A stretch of 64,000 nucleotides of DNA from Patescibacteria group bacterium. Lineage in GTDB: Bacteria > Patescibacteriota > Patescibacteriia > 2-12-FULL-60-25. Both the position numbers and the translations under genes were made by a program. Below the pieces are notes generated by a model. It worked only from the letters and a program-made list of their open reading frames with translations, did not search any database and had not been told where the DNA came from. Every line of letters starts with the position of its first letter. The first letter of the stretch is position 1. The DNA is taken from contig JBAZVB010000002.1 of NCBI GenBank assembly GCA_041661105.1, positions 299,865 through 363,864 of the forward strand. The letters are read 5' to 3'. Of this stretch, positions 52,936 to 61,606 are shown piece after piece.

Positions 52936-53690
52936 AAACTCTTCTAATTGCCAACTGGAAAATGCATTATGGCCCCATGAAAGCCGGGGGCTGGATTCGC
53001 GCTTTTCGACGTGAGCGTTTGCCCAAGGATTTGGATATCGCCGTAGCCGTCCCGCACGTCTCACTGGCCGCCGCCCGGGCTTCGCTCGGCCGGGCTTCTA
53101 TCCCTGCCTTGGCCGCGCAAGATGCTTTTTGGGCGCAGGACGGAGCTTTTACGGGTGAGATCTCGCCTAACATGCTTTTGGAATTCGGAGTCCAGTATTG
53201 CTTGGTTGGACACAGCGAACGCCGTATCTATCTGGGTGAAACGGATGAGATGGTGGCCAAGAAAGCCGCTGCCCTGCAGGCCGCCGGCATTTCGCCGGTC
53301 ATCTGCGTAGGGGAGAACGAAGCTCAATATAAGAAAGGTGAAATGTCTAAAGTTTTGAAAGCACAAGTGGCCGCGGCTATCGTTAATCTCAAAGCGGATG
53401 GCAAAGCGCCTTTGGTTTTTGCTTATGAACCGGTCTGGTCGATTGGCACGGGCAAAGCTTGCCCGCCTCAGATGGCCAAGGAAGCGCACGAGGTTATCCG
53501 TTCCGTGATCCAGAAAAAATTCAGCGCTTCGGCCGCCGAACATGTACGGGTTATTTATGGCGGCTCGGTTGATGCGAATAATATTAACGAATACGTCACC
53601 ACGACGGGCGTCAATGGCGCTTTAGTGGGCGGCGCCTCTTTAGATCCTCGGGCTTTTGCCTTGCTTTGCCGGACAGCTAACCCGGCTTAA
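52932..53690 (+). CDS. tpiA: Triosephosphate isomerase
   Basis: ANWKMH, VGHSERR, AYEPVWSIGTG and YGGSV. Confidence 0.95.
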   Translation: MKTLLIANWKMHYGPMKAGGWIRAFRRERLPKDLDIAVAVPHVSLAAARASLGRASIPALAAQDAFWAQDGAFTGEISPNMLLEFGVQYCLVGHSERRIYLGETDEMVAKKAAALQAAGISPVICVGENEAQYKKGEMSKVLKAQVAAAIVNLKADGKAPLVFAYEPVWSIGTGKACPPQMAKEAHEVIRSVIQKKFSASAAEHVRVIYGGSVDANNINEYVTTTGVNGALVGGASLDPRAFALLCRTANPA

Positions 53691-53695
53691 CTGAC

Positions 53696-54589
53696 ATGCT
53701 TGCCTGGATCCTTTTGATTCTAGCTTTGGTCTGCGCCGCGATAGTCGGGTTTCTTGTGTTGCGCCACTGGTCTGAAATCCGTTTGCTTAACCCGCTCTCC
53801 ATCAAAGAAGAGAGCGAAAGGCAGAAGCGCGACGCCATGGTGGCCCAAAGATTCTCCCGAATCCAGACAGATAAATTGGCGCCGATTAAATATCTTTATC
53901 AACAGAGCGCCTTTCAGGCTAAAAAAACTTTTCACGCCGCCTATATCAGGTTGGTGAGATTGGATCGGCTTTATCGCCAAGCGACCAGGCCTTTTGCTAA
54001 AGTCGCACCGAGTGAGCAGGAGAGGATCAAGACTTTATTGGATGAGGCTCGCAGTTTGGCGCGTGATTTGAAATGGGGCGAATCAGAGAAGCGTTATTTA
54101 GAGATTTTGCTTTTGGACAATCGCAATAAAGATGCCTATCAGGGCATTGGAACTTTGTATCTCAAACAAAAGATGTATCCACAGGCGAAAGAAACTTTTG
54201 AATATCTGGCTAAGACCAGACAGGCGGATGATGCCTGCTTTGCCGCGTTGGCCGAAATTGCCGAAATGGAAGGGGAGGTTGGCAAAGCTGAAGAGATGCG
54301 CCTTAAAGCGATTGAACTCCGGCCGCGTTTGGCTTGCCGCCATGCCGAGTTGGCCAGACATTATGCCGATCGGAATGAAGTGGCCAAAGCCTGGCCGCCC
54401 GCTAAAAGGGCAAGCGATCTCGAACCAAAGTCAGCCAAGTATTGTGAGTTGGCTTTGGAATGCGCCATCACTTTGGGTGATTGGCCAGAGGCTAAGCGTC
54501 GATACGACAAGCTGAGGTTGCTTTCGGAAGATTACCAAAGATTACAACAGTTCAGGGAACGTATTGATAAAATTCGGCCAATAGGTTAA
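53696..54589 (+). CDS. Membrane-anchored TPR-repeat protein
   Basis: N-terminal TM segment. TPR-like helices, for example AYQGIGTLYLKQKMYPQAKETFEY. Confidence 0.6.
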   Translation: MLAWILLILALVCAAIVGFLVLRHWSEIRLLNPLSIKEESERQKRDAMVAQRFSRIQTDKLAPIKYLYQQSAFQAKKTFHAAYIRLVRLDRLYRQATRPFAKVAPSEQERIKTLLDEARSLARDLKWGESEKRYLEILLLDNRNKDAYQGIGTLYLKQKMYPQAKETFEYLAKTRQADDACFAALAEIAEMEGEVGKAEEMRLKAIELRPRLACRHAELARHYADRNEVAKAWPPAKRASDLEPKSAKYCELALECAITLGDWPEAKRRYDKLRLLSEDYQRLQQFRERIDKIRPIG

Positions 54590-54594
54590 TCTAT

Positions 54595-54688
54595 GGTCTA
54601 CGAAATTACGAATTCACGCGAATATACGAATTACCAATAAAATAAATATTCGTATTTTCGTATGAGGCCATTCGTATTTTCGTAGACC
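54595..54688. repeat. ACGAAT-word hairpin element (homologous to 21177..21274)
   Basis: ggtctacgaaattacgaattcacgcgaatatacgaat ... attcgtattttcgtatgaggccattcgtattttcgtagacc. Confidence 0.8.
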
Positions 54689-54695
54689 AAGTCGT

Positions 54696-54771
54696 GCCGT
54701 AGTAGCTCAGCTGGTAGAGCATCTCCATGGTAAGGAGAAGGTCTCGGGTTCAAGTCCCGACTACGGCTCCA
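54696..54771 (+). tRNA. tRNA-Thr (anticodon GGU), discriminator U73, CCA encoded
   Basis: Hand-folded cloverleaf: GCCGTAG / CTACGGC acceptor stem, anticodon loop ATGGTAA, T-loop TTCAAGT. Confidence 0.9.
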
Positions 54772-54822
54772 TAGTCAACATACTCGCGAACGAAGGGCAG
54801 GCCCCGTCGCTCGCGAGCGACG

Positions 54823-54908
54823 GGGCAGGTACCGAAGCGGTCAAACGGGGCAGACTGTAAATCTGCTGGCTCACGCCTTCCCAGGTTCGAATCCTGGCCT
54901 GCCCACCA
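54823..54908 (+). tRNA. tRNA-Tyr (anticodon GUA), long variable arm, CCA encoded
   Basis: GGGCAGG / CCTGCCC acceptor stem, 3-bp D stem, anticodon loop CTGTAAA, variable stem ggc/gcc. Confidence 0.85.
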
Positions 54909-54912
54909 TAAC

Positions 54913-54936
54913 AAAAAATCCCTTCGGGGATTTTTT
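54913..54936 (+). terminator. Intrinsic terminator after the tRNA pair
   Basis: aaaaaatccc-ttcg-gggatttttt. Confidence 0.8.
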
Positions 54937-55045
54937 GAAACACCAAAAACCAAACACCAATCTCCAAAGCGAGTCAGGATGAGAACGGCATTGGACTCAC
55001 GTATTACTTTTTGTTAGGATGAAACCCTAAAGGATCATATAATTT

Positions 55046-56071
55046 ATGAACCACGAAAAAATAGTTCCACATTACAGCGAGAATAGAGCTGAAGATATTG
55101 GCGCGCAAAATCAGCAAATTATCCAAAAAAAGGAAGGGAAGTTACAATTCACCTCTGCTTATGTAGATTTAAATGGTGGATGCAATTTTAAATGCGAGGG
55201 ATGCTTTAAGCACATGAATATGGAGCAATCCAGTGAAAGATTGCAATTAGAACAGATCAAAGAGATTGTTAATTTTGTGAAAGAACGAGGCGGCGAATCT
55301 ATTGCGTTTGCAGGCCAAGGAGAGCCATTGATGGACAGGGATTTTTGGGAAGTTACTGAATACATAAAAGAACGAGGGCTAGAGAGCATTGTCTTTACCA
55401 ACGGCACATTAATAAGAGATAATAACGATGCTGAAAAATTACTCCAATCTGGCTCCGTCATTATCAAAAGGAATACACTTAATGATGCTTTACAGGATAA
55501 ACTAGTTGGTGTGGAAGGGGCGAGTAAAATGATACAGCATGGGCTTGATGCTTTGTTTGAAGCTCGCGAAAAACTTGATCAGAATAACGAAAAACACGGC
55601 GTCCTTGGGATTGATACCTACGTCATCAAAGATAATTTAGACGATCTTCCTGATTTGTTAAGGTATTGCAGAAGGAATGGTGTCATTCCTTACTTTGAAG
55701 CTTTTATAGAGCTTGGTCAGACTAAAGATACAGTTGAAAAGTTGGGACTTACAGCAGAAGAGTTGACTAAAGCGTTCTTGGTGTTGCAAAGAATAGATAA
55801 AGAAGAATTTAATATGGAAATCCCAGTTGTTCCCGGCATGCGTACGTATGGCCAACCAGTATGTAGTAGGGGGACACACATGTTTTCTGTACGTGTGAAT
55901 GGAGAGATTTACCCTTGCATATCTGCTGTAAATAATCCTTTGGGTACCATATACGACGATGATGGAGCAAAGAGAAGTTTAGAAAAAGTATTTGCCCCAG
56001 GAAACGAAAAGTTAAAGAGAATGTTTTGTGCGGTGTGTTCAAAAAGAGTACAAAAGAAATATTGCCAGTAA
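55046..56071 (+). CDS. Radical SAM enzyme with a SPASM/twitch-like C-terminal Cys cluster
   Basis: CNFKCEGC (CX3CX2C) and GQGEPL. C-terminal C-x12-G-x4-C (CSRGTHMFSVRVNGEIYPC), then CAVCSKRVQKKYC. Confidence 0.75.
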   Translation: MNHEKIVPHYSENRAEDIGAQNQQIIQKKEGKLQFTSAYVDLNGGCNFKCEGCFKHMNMEQSSERLQLEQIKEIVNFVKERGGESIAFAGQGEPLMDRDFWEVTEYIKERGLESIVFTNGTLIRDNNDAEKLLQSGSVIIKRNTLNDALQDKLVGVEGASKMIQHGLDALFEAREKLDQNNEKHGVLGIDTYVIKDNLDDLPDLLRYCRRNGVIPYFEAFIELGQTKDTVEKLGLTAEELTKAFLVLQRIDKEEFNMEIPVVPGMRTYGQPVCSRGTHMFSVRVNGEIYPCISAVNNPLGTIYDDDGAKRSLEKVFAPGNEKLKRMFCAVCSKRVQKKYCQ

Positions 56072-56170
56072 GTTATGATATTAAAAATCCCAAAGATAGA
56101 AACATCAAACTCAACCCATGGTTGCCACCTTGCAGTAGGCATTGAAAGACGATAAAGTGATTGCACTTAT

Positions 56171-57553
56171 ATGTCAGAACGTCCGCCAATATTTCAGCCA
56201 GCGTCTGAGCCGAATCCTTTTGTCCCGAAAGCGGGCGTTGAAGAATTAAAAGGCGAAAAAGAGGCGTTAAATGAGGCCGAACCCAATCGCGAGGCCATGG
56301 ATAAAATAGTTGATTTTTTGGTCACGGAAAATCTGAAGTATAGGGACATGCGATCGCAAAGTTCCGCGGATTTGCATCTGATGGTCTCTACGCTGGAAAC
56401 CGGAGTTCCGACCCCTCAGACTGATTTTTTTTATAAACCGTTAGGCCGTCTCGACAAAGCTGCCAAGCATAAAATTCGGAGTAAAGAGCATAACAGGCAG
56501 AAAGGGAATGTTTTTTATCCAGAGGGTATGCTCAAAGTGTTCCGCGACAAGCTATTAAGTACGCAAGAGACGGAATATTACGACGAAAATAAGCCGTATC
56601 TGCATCAGGAGGGTTTTATTGAGGATGCGGTTTATGAGTTCATCGAGCATCTGGACAATGATCAATTTGGACGGCTTATGGAGATTGACGGTATTGATCG
56701 CAGCAACTTTAACGAATTGTCTGAAGGAGCCGATAAGGGACGACTTAGATGGCGAATCTTGATGGGGAATCCGAATAATTTTAGGCTCGTTCTAGAAAAT
56801 AAAGAGGCGTGGGAAGCCCTTAGGCGCGAGTGGTTAAAGTTGTTCTTCGCAAGGAAAGAAGTTGGCATAGGATTGCAGTCGGAAGCCTTTCAGTTATCCT
56901 TCGGCCTCGTACTTTCCCCGGAAGTGCGGGTGGCTGTTTCGCCGCATGAAGATTATCCTATGCAAGCTACGATAATGTCACCAAGAGTGAAGCCAAAAGA
57001 CATCATTGGAGTATATATCAATGCCGATACCTTAAGGGATGCTCATTTATTTGATGACGAATCGATCCATACCGAAGACTCCTCGAAGATGACCGTTTGG
57101 GAACAGTTGAAGAAAGCTGTTTACAGGTACCCCGAATACCCGGTTGAGTATTCATTCCTTCATTATTCCCGTCCGTTCATCTTATTCATGGAGAACGAAG
57201 GAATAAAAGCTGACAAGCTGAAAGCATATTTTGATGTATTTTCAAGTCTCAAGGATTTGATCGAACATCAGATATATCGGGAAAACAAAGAAAATAAGGA
57301 TGTGATTAATGAAGAATTTAGAAAGATTTTAGGTGGCGGATATCAAGAGCTCGAAATGCTCGCAAAACGTTTTTTGGAAGAAAAGTCCCCGATTAAAGAT
57401 GGGGAAACTTTAATGGTCGGCCTTAAACGCCTCGCTGAACTCCATCAATTACCCATCTATAATACCCGCGGAGATCTTCTCTGGCCGAAAAAAATGGAGC
57501 ATGAAGAGCTGGCTAGATTTGTCGCGAAAAAGAAAGAGTCGGGTTCAGAATAG
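56171..57553 (+). CDS. 460-aa hypothetical protein, no recognisable domain
   Basis: Long uninterrupted ORF on the same strand, 100 nt downstream of the radical SAM gene. Confidence 0.5.
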   Translation: MSERPPIFQPASEPNPFVPKAGVEELKGEKEALNEAEPNREAMDKIVDFLVTENLKYRDMRSQSSADLHLMVSTLETGVPTPQTDFFYKPLGRLDKAAKHKIRSKEHNRQKGNVFYPEGMLKVFRDKLLSTQETEYYDENKPYLHQEGFIEDAVYEFIEHLDNDQFGRLMEIDGIDRSNFNELSEGADKGRLRWRILMGNPNNFRLVLENKEAWEALRREWLKLFFARKEVGIGLQSEAFQLSFGLVLSPEVRVAVSPHEDYPMQATIMSPRVKPKDIIGVYINADTLRDAHLFDDESIHTEDSSKMTVWEQLKKAVYRYPEYPVEYSFLHYSRPFILFMENEGIKADKLKAYFDVFSSLKDLIEHQIYRENKENKDVINEEFRKILGGGYQELEMLAKRFLEEKSPIKDGETLMVGLKRLAELHQLPIYNTRGDLLWPKKMEHEELARFVAKKKESGSE

Positions 57554-57697
57554 TAAAGAATGGAGGTCTATTTTGTGCCATTGGACTCATTTTGTCTTTG
57601 AGTTATAATAACCCGACTTAATAAATTGAGAATTTTGAATTTGGAATTTTGAACCAGTTGCCCAAATTCCATATTCCAAATTCCACATTCCAAAGTT

Positions 57698-58927
57698 ATG
57701 AACGCCTTCTACGAATCGTTGATGCAGAGACTTGAGACTGTTAAGGGGATCGCCGGGTTTAGCGACCAGGAGATGCAGGCCATTCTAAACTTTAAACAAA
57801 TCAGCAAGGCTGAGCTCGAGGTTGATGGCCAGAAATATCAAGCTTATCGAGTTCTGCACAGCCAAGCTCTGGGTCCCGGTAAAGGAGGCATACGTTTCCA
57901 TCCGGATGTCTGCGAGGATGAGGTCAAGTCACTGGCGTTGGTCATGAGCCTCAAAAACTCCCTGGCCGGCTTGCCTTATGGCGGAGGCAAGGGCGGAGTG
58001 GTCATAGACACCAAAGGCAAAGACCTGAAACTCGTCGAAAAAGTCAGTCGGGCTTATATCGATGCTTTTTACAAAGTGCTTGGCCAAGACGTGGATGTCC
58101 CGGCCCCGGACGTTTATACTAACCCTCAAATCATGGGTTGGATGTTGGACGAATTCGAGAAGCAGGTCGGCCATCATGAGCCAGGCATGATCACCGGCAA
58201 GCCTTTGGCTTTGGGAGGGATTGCCCAAAGGGCAGACGCTACGGCCAAGGGCGGTCTTTATATGATTCAATCTTTGATTCAACAACTTGGATGGCAAAAG
58301 AGCGGATTGAAGATCGCGGTTCAGGGTTTTGGCAACGCGGGATCTTTTATCGCTAAGATGTTACATGAGGCCGGTCATAAAGTAGTGGCCGTGACTGATT
58401 CAAAAGGGGGAGTCATGGATCAAAACGGGTTGGACATTCCGTTTTTGATTTCCAAAAAGGCAGGCGGCATGGCCCTCTCAGAAACCGGTGTGGGCAATCA
58501 AATCGATAATAAATCTATTTTGGAACTCGAAGTTGATATTTTGCTTTTAGCCGCGCTTGAGAACCAAATCAATCAAAATAACGTAGCCAACGTCAAAGCC
58601 AAGGTTATAGTCGAACTCGCCAACGGTCCGGTTTCAGCTGAAGCCGATAAGACGTTATTCGAGAAGAACATTATGGTTGTTCCTGACGTGGCCGCCAACG
58701 CGGGCGGAGTGACGGTCAGCTATTTTGAGTGGGCCCAGAACCGGGCGGGCAATGTTTTGGATGAGAATTATCTGGAAATTAAGCTGAAACAGATGATGGA
58801 AAGCATTTGGCTGAGGATGTTTAAAGTCTATGAAGAGCAGGGCAAGAAGGTTGACCTGCGCACCTGCGCTTATATCTTAGCCATAAGGAGGATCCTCGAA
58901 GCCGAAAGGGCCAGGGGCAATATTTGA
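57698..58927 (+). CDS. gdhA: Glutamate dehydrogenase (Glu/Leu/Phe/Val dehydrogenase family)
   Basis: GPGKGGIRFHP catalytic Lys motif and the GFGNAGS Rossmann motif. Confidence 0.9.
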   Translation: MNAFYESLMQRLETVKGIAGFSDQEMQAILNFKQISKAELEVDGQKYQAYRVLHSQALGPGKGGIRFHPDVCEDEVKSLALVMSLKNSLAGLPYGGGKGGVVIDTKGKDLKLVEKVSRAYIDAFYKVLGQDVDVPAPDVYTNPQIMGWMLDEFEKQVGHHEPGMITGKPLALGGIAQRADATAKGGLYMIQSLIQQLGWQKSGLKIAVQGFGNAGSFIAKMLHEAGHKVVAVTDSKGGVMDQNGLDIPFLISKKAGGMALSETGVGNQIDNKSILELEVDILLLAALENQINQNNVANVKAKVIVELANGPVSAEADKTLFEKNIMVVPDVAANAGGVTVSYFEWAQNRAGNVLDENYLEIKLKQMMESIWLRMFKVYEEQGKKVDLRTCAYILAIRRILEAERARGNI

Positions 58928-58990
58928 CTTTAAAGCCTGCTTTGGCTATACTGAGCCCCACATTTGGAGGGCTACTGCTCAAAGCTCGTC

Positions 58991-59065
58991 GCCCACGTAG
59001 CTCAGCGGTAGAGCAACGGTTTTGTAAACCGTAGGTCGTCGGTTCAAACCCGACCGTGGGCTCCA
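58991..59065 (+). tRNA. tRNA-Thr (anticodon UGU), discriminator U73, CCA encoded
   Basis: GCCCACG / CGTGGGC acceptor stem, anticodon loop TTTGTAA. Confidence 0.9.
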
Positions 59066-59076
59066 CCTTAACATCA

Positions 59077-59193
59077 ATGCCAAATTACGAATTACGAATT
59101 ACAAATTCAGGTATCGCTTCGCGATGTTAGTTAATAAAATAAAAAAGCCTCCTGAATTTAGCATTCGTAATTTGGCATTCGTAATTCGTAATT
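59077..59193. repeat. Composite inverted-repeat element, copy 4 (ACGAAT-word arms, same core)
   Basis: Arms atgccaaattacgaattacgaattacaaattcagg / cctgaatttagcattcgtaatttggcattcgtaattcgtaatt. Core ggtatcgcttcgcgat-AT-rich-gcctcc. Confidence 0.8.
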
Positions 59194-59202
59194 GAAGATA
59201 TT

Positions 59203-59358
59203 ATGTCACAAGATAATCTCATCAAGCTGGAATGTACTAACTGTAAGACGGTTGGTTATCATTCGTTCAAGAACAAGAAGACCATCAAACAGCGTCTCGA
59301 ACTGAAGAAGTTTTGCCGTAAGTGCAAAATGCACGAAACGCATAAGGAGACCAAATAA
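59203..59358 (+). CDS. rpmG: 50S ribosomal protein L33
   Basis: Below the ORF-track size cut-off. My translation gives MSQDNLIKLECTNCKTVGYHSFKNKKTIKQRLELKKFCRKCKMHETHKETK (CxxC...CxxC). The terminator ccggc-ttag-gccgg plus a T-run follows. Confidence 0.85.
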   Translation: MSQDNLIKLECTNCKTVGYHSFKNKKTIKQRLELKKFCRKCKMHETHKETK

Positions 59359-59468
59359 AAAATCCGGCTTAGGCCGGGTTTTTTGTGTAACGTGTATCGT
59401 GTAACGTCTGAAGGGTCGTCGATGCGCGTTGCGCGTTACAGGATTTGCGAATATCATTACTTAGAATT

Positions 59469-60041
59469 ATGAATGACCAGATGTATCAACCTTTGACGGC
59501 TAAGGCCATGGAGTTTGCTGCTATTAAGCACCAGGGGCAATACCGCAAAAATCCTGCAGAAAAGATACCCTACATCACTCACCCTGCGGACGTGGGCTTA
59601 ATGCTCGCTCGCGCCGGTTATGATGATGAGGTGGTGGCCGCCGGCATCCTGCATGACGTGGTTGAGGATTGCGGTGTCAGCCTCGAGGAGCTGTCAAAGA
59701 AGTTCGGGCCTCGGGTGGCCCGTTTGGTCGACCAGGTCAGCGAAGCCAGCAAGAAGCCATCCTGGGAGACGCGTAAGCAAGCCTACCGAGACAGACTCGA
59801 GGGAGCGGAGCCGGACGCTTTGGCCATTGCGGTGGCCGATCATTTGCATAATCTGCAAAATTTATTAGAGGTTTACAAAGTCGCACCTTCGGTGGTCAAC
59901 ATGTTTAAGACTGGTATGGCTCAAAAACACGATCATGAGCAAAAATGTTTAGATATTTTTCAATCCCGCCTGGACGGACCGTTGGTGCAGGAACTTAAAT
60001 CTGTTTTGGCTGAAAGCAGTTTTTTAGCTGAAATCAATTAG
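59469..60041 (+). CDS. HD-domain (RelA/SpoT-type) putative (p)ppGpp hydrolase
   Basis: AAIKHQGQYRK...PYITHPADV...GILHDVVEDC...RVARLVDQVSE. Confidence 0.7.
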   Translation: MNDQMYQPLTAKAMEFAAIKHQGQYRKNPAEKIPYITHPADVGLMLARAGYDDEVVAAGILHDVVEDCGVSLEELSKKFGPRVARLVDQVSEASKKPSWETRKQAYRDRLEGAEPDALAIAVADHLHNLQNLLEVYKVAPSVVNMFKTGMAQKHDHEQKCLDIFQSRLDGPLVQELKSVLAESSFLAEIN

Positions 60042-60045
60042 CCCT

Positions 60046-61536
60046 ATGTCCGCTTTTAAAGACTACCTGACAGCTTCGGATTACTTCCGTTTTTTGCGAT
60101 GCCCGCACTGGCCTTATTACGAACGCTTTGCCACCGACGAAGAGAAAAAGCTTAAACGTGATTTAACCGAAGGCGAAAAGCAACGCTTGGAAGATGGTTT
60201 GGCACACGAGGTGGAAGTGATCAAGGAGCTATTTAAAGATGAGCAAGTTGTGGAGGCCATAGTCACGCACGACGTGGAGGCGGATTGCCATGCCACGCTG
60301 GAACTCATGAAACAAGGCGTGCCGCTAATTTATCAAGGTACGTTGACGAACGAGGACTGGACCGGCCGTCCTGATCTTTTGCGCCGCGTGGAAGGGCAAA
60401 GCGAATTGGGGGATTGGTATTATGAGCCGGTGGACATCAAAAGCTCGCACTCTTTGGAAAAATATCACCGTCTGCAACTCATGTTTTATGCCGTCTTGCT
60501 CGAGACGTTGCAAGGCAAGTTCCCTCCTTTCGGGTATATCCTCACCAAAGACAGAACTGAGTTGCCGGTTGAGTTAGGTGAATATATCAGCGAGTTCGAA
60601 GAGCTGACTCAGGAATTGGAACGCATCAGAGCAGGCGAAAGACCGGATCCGGTTTTGCGCAAGAGTTGTTTTGATACCAGCCCCTGGGGAGACGCTTGCG
60701 AGAAGTTGTCCCGATCAACAGATGATATCGCCCAGCTTTTTAACGTTGATGTTAAGAAGCTTAAAGCCTTGCGGGAATTAGGCATCAGAACAGTCAGCGA
60801 CGCGGCTGAGATGGACGTGGTTGATTTGGATGGCAGGGCACCAGGCCTCCGTCTGCATGGTCTGGAGGTGGCCAAGCTTCAAGCTCAATCGCTTAAACAC
60901 AAACAAGTTATCATCCGTGAGGCGGTGTTTTTGCCTAAGACCAAAGTGGAGATTCATTTTGATATTGAAAGCGATCCGCCTAATGATACGGATTACCTCT
61001 TTGGGTTCTATGTCCGCGGAGAAGACAAAGCTTACTACAAACCTTTCGTGGCCAAGCGCCTGGAAGATGAAAAACTCATGTGGCAGTCATTTTTAGACTG
61101 GATAGCCGAAATGCCTTTGGATTATCAGGTGATTCATTATGCGGCTTACGAAAAGGTCCGTTTAGCCGTCCTCGAGAAGCGTTATGGCGGGAGCCCGGCT
61201 TTGGATTTGTTTAGAGAGAGAATGATCGATCTCAAACAGATAGTGACTTCTTGCATGGTTATCCCGCAATATTTTTACGGCTTAAAATACGTGGCCAAAT
61301 TTTTAGGCCATGCCTGGCGCGGGGATGTTAAGGGCGGCGGGCAGTCAGTTGACGTCTTCGAAGAGTATCTGTCGACCGGCAACGAAAAACTGTTGAACGA
61401 TATTATTTTGTACAACGAAGATGATGTCTTGGCCACGGCTTACGTGTCTGATTGGTGTCGTGAATACGCCACCGAGCTCACGGCTTATGATCCGCCGTAT
61501 CCTTGGGCGAACGGCTTCCGAAGAATTTATAAATAG
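60046..61536 (+). CDS. RecB-like (PD-(D/E)xK) putative nuclease, TM0106-family-like
   Basis: N-terminal FLRCPHWPYY and DIKSS...LQLMFYAVLL (D..K..Q..Y nuclease core). The C-terminal half is RNase-H-fold-like (HFDIES...NEDDV). Confidence 0.55.
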   Translation: MSAFKDYLTASDYFRFLRCPHWPYYERFATDEEKKLKRDLTEGEKQRLEDGLAHEVEVIKELFKDEQVVEAIVTHDVEADCHATLELMKQGVPLIYQGTLTNEDWTGRPDLLRRVEGQSELGDWYYEPVDIKSSHSLEKYHRLQLMFYAVLLETLQGKFPPFGYILTKDRTELPVELGEYISEFEELTQELERIRAGERPDPVLRKSCFDTSPWGDACEKLSRSTDDIAQLFNVDVKKLKALRELGIRTVSDAAEMDVVDLDGRAPGLRLHGLEVAKLQAQSLKHKQVIIREAVFLPKTKVEIHFDIESDPPNDTDYLFGFYVRGEDKAYYKPFVAKRLEDEKLMWQSFLDWIAEMPLDYQVIHYAAYEKVRLAVLEKRYGGSPALDLFRERMIDLKQIVTSCMVIPQYFYGLKYVAKFLGHAWRGDVKGGGQSVDVFEEYLSTGNEKLLNDIILYNEDDVLATAYVSDWCREYATELTAYDPPYPWANGFRRIYK

Positions 61537-61606
61537 CAAATAACAAATAGCAAGAGTAAGTAAGTACCTGATAACTCTTGCCATTTGCTATTTGAAATTT
61601 GCTATT
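61531..61606. repeat. AAATAGCA-word hairpin between convergent genes
   Basis: aaatagcaaataacaaatagcaagagt ... actcttgccatttgctatttgaaatttgctatt. Confidence 0.75.

Noticed and set aside
56075-56155. 26-codon ORF (MILKIPKIETSNSTHGCHLAVGIERR) between the radical SAM gene and the 460-aa gene, as a RiPP precursor.
   Set aside because: It has no RBS and no recognisable leader or core features, and an ORF of this length is not improbable by chance. I note it only as something to test.
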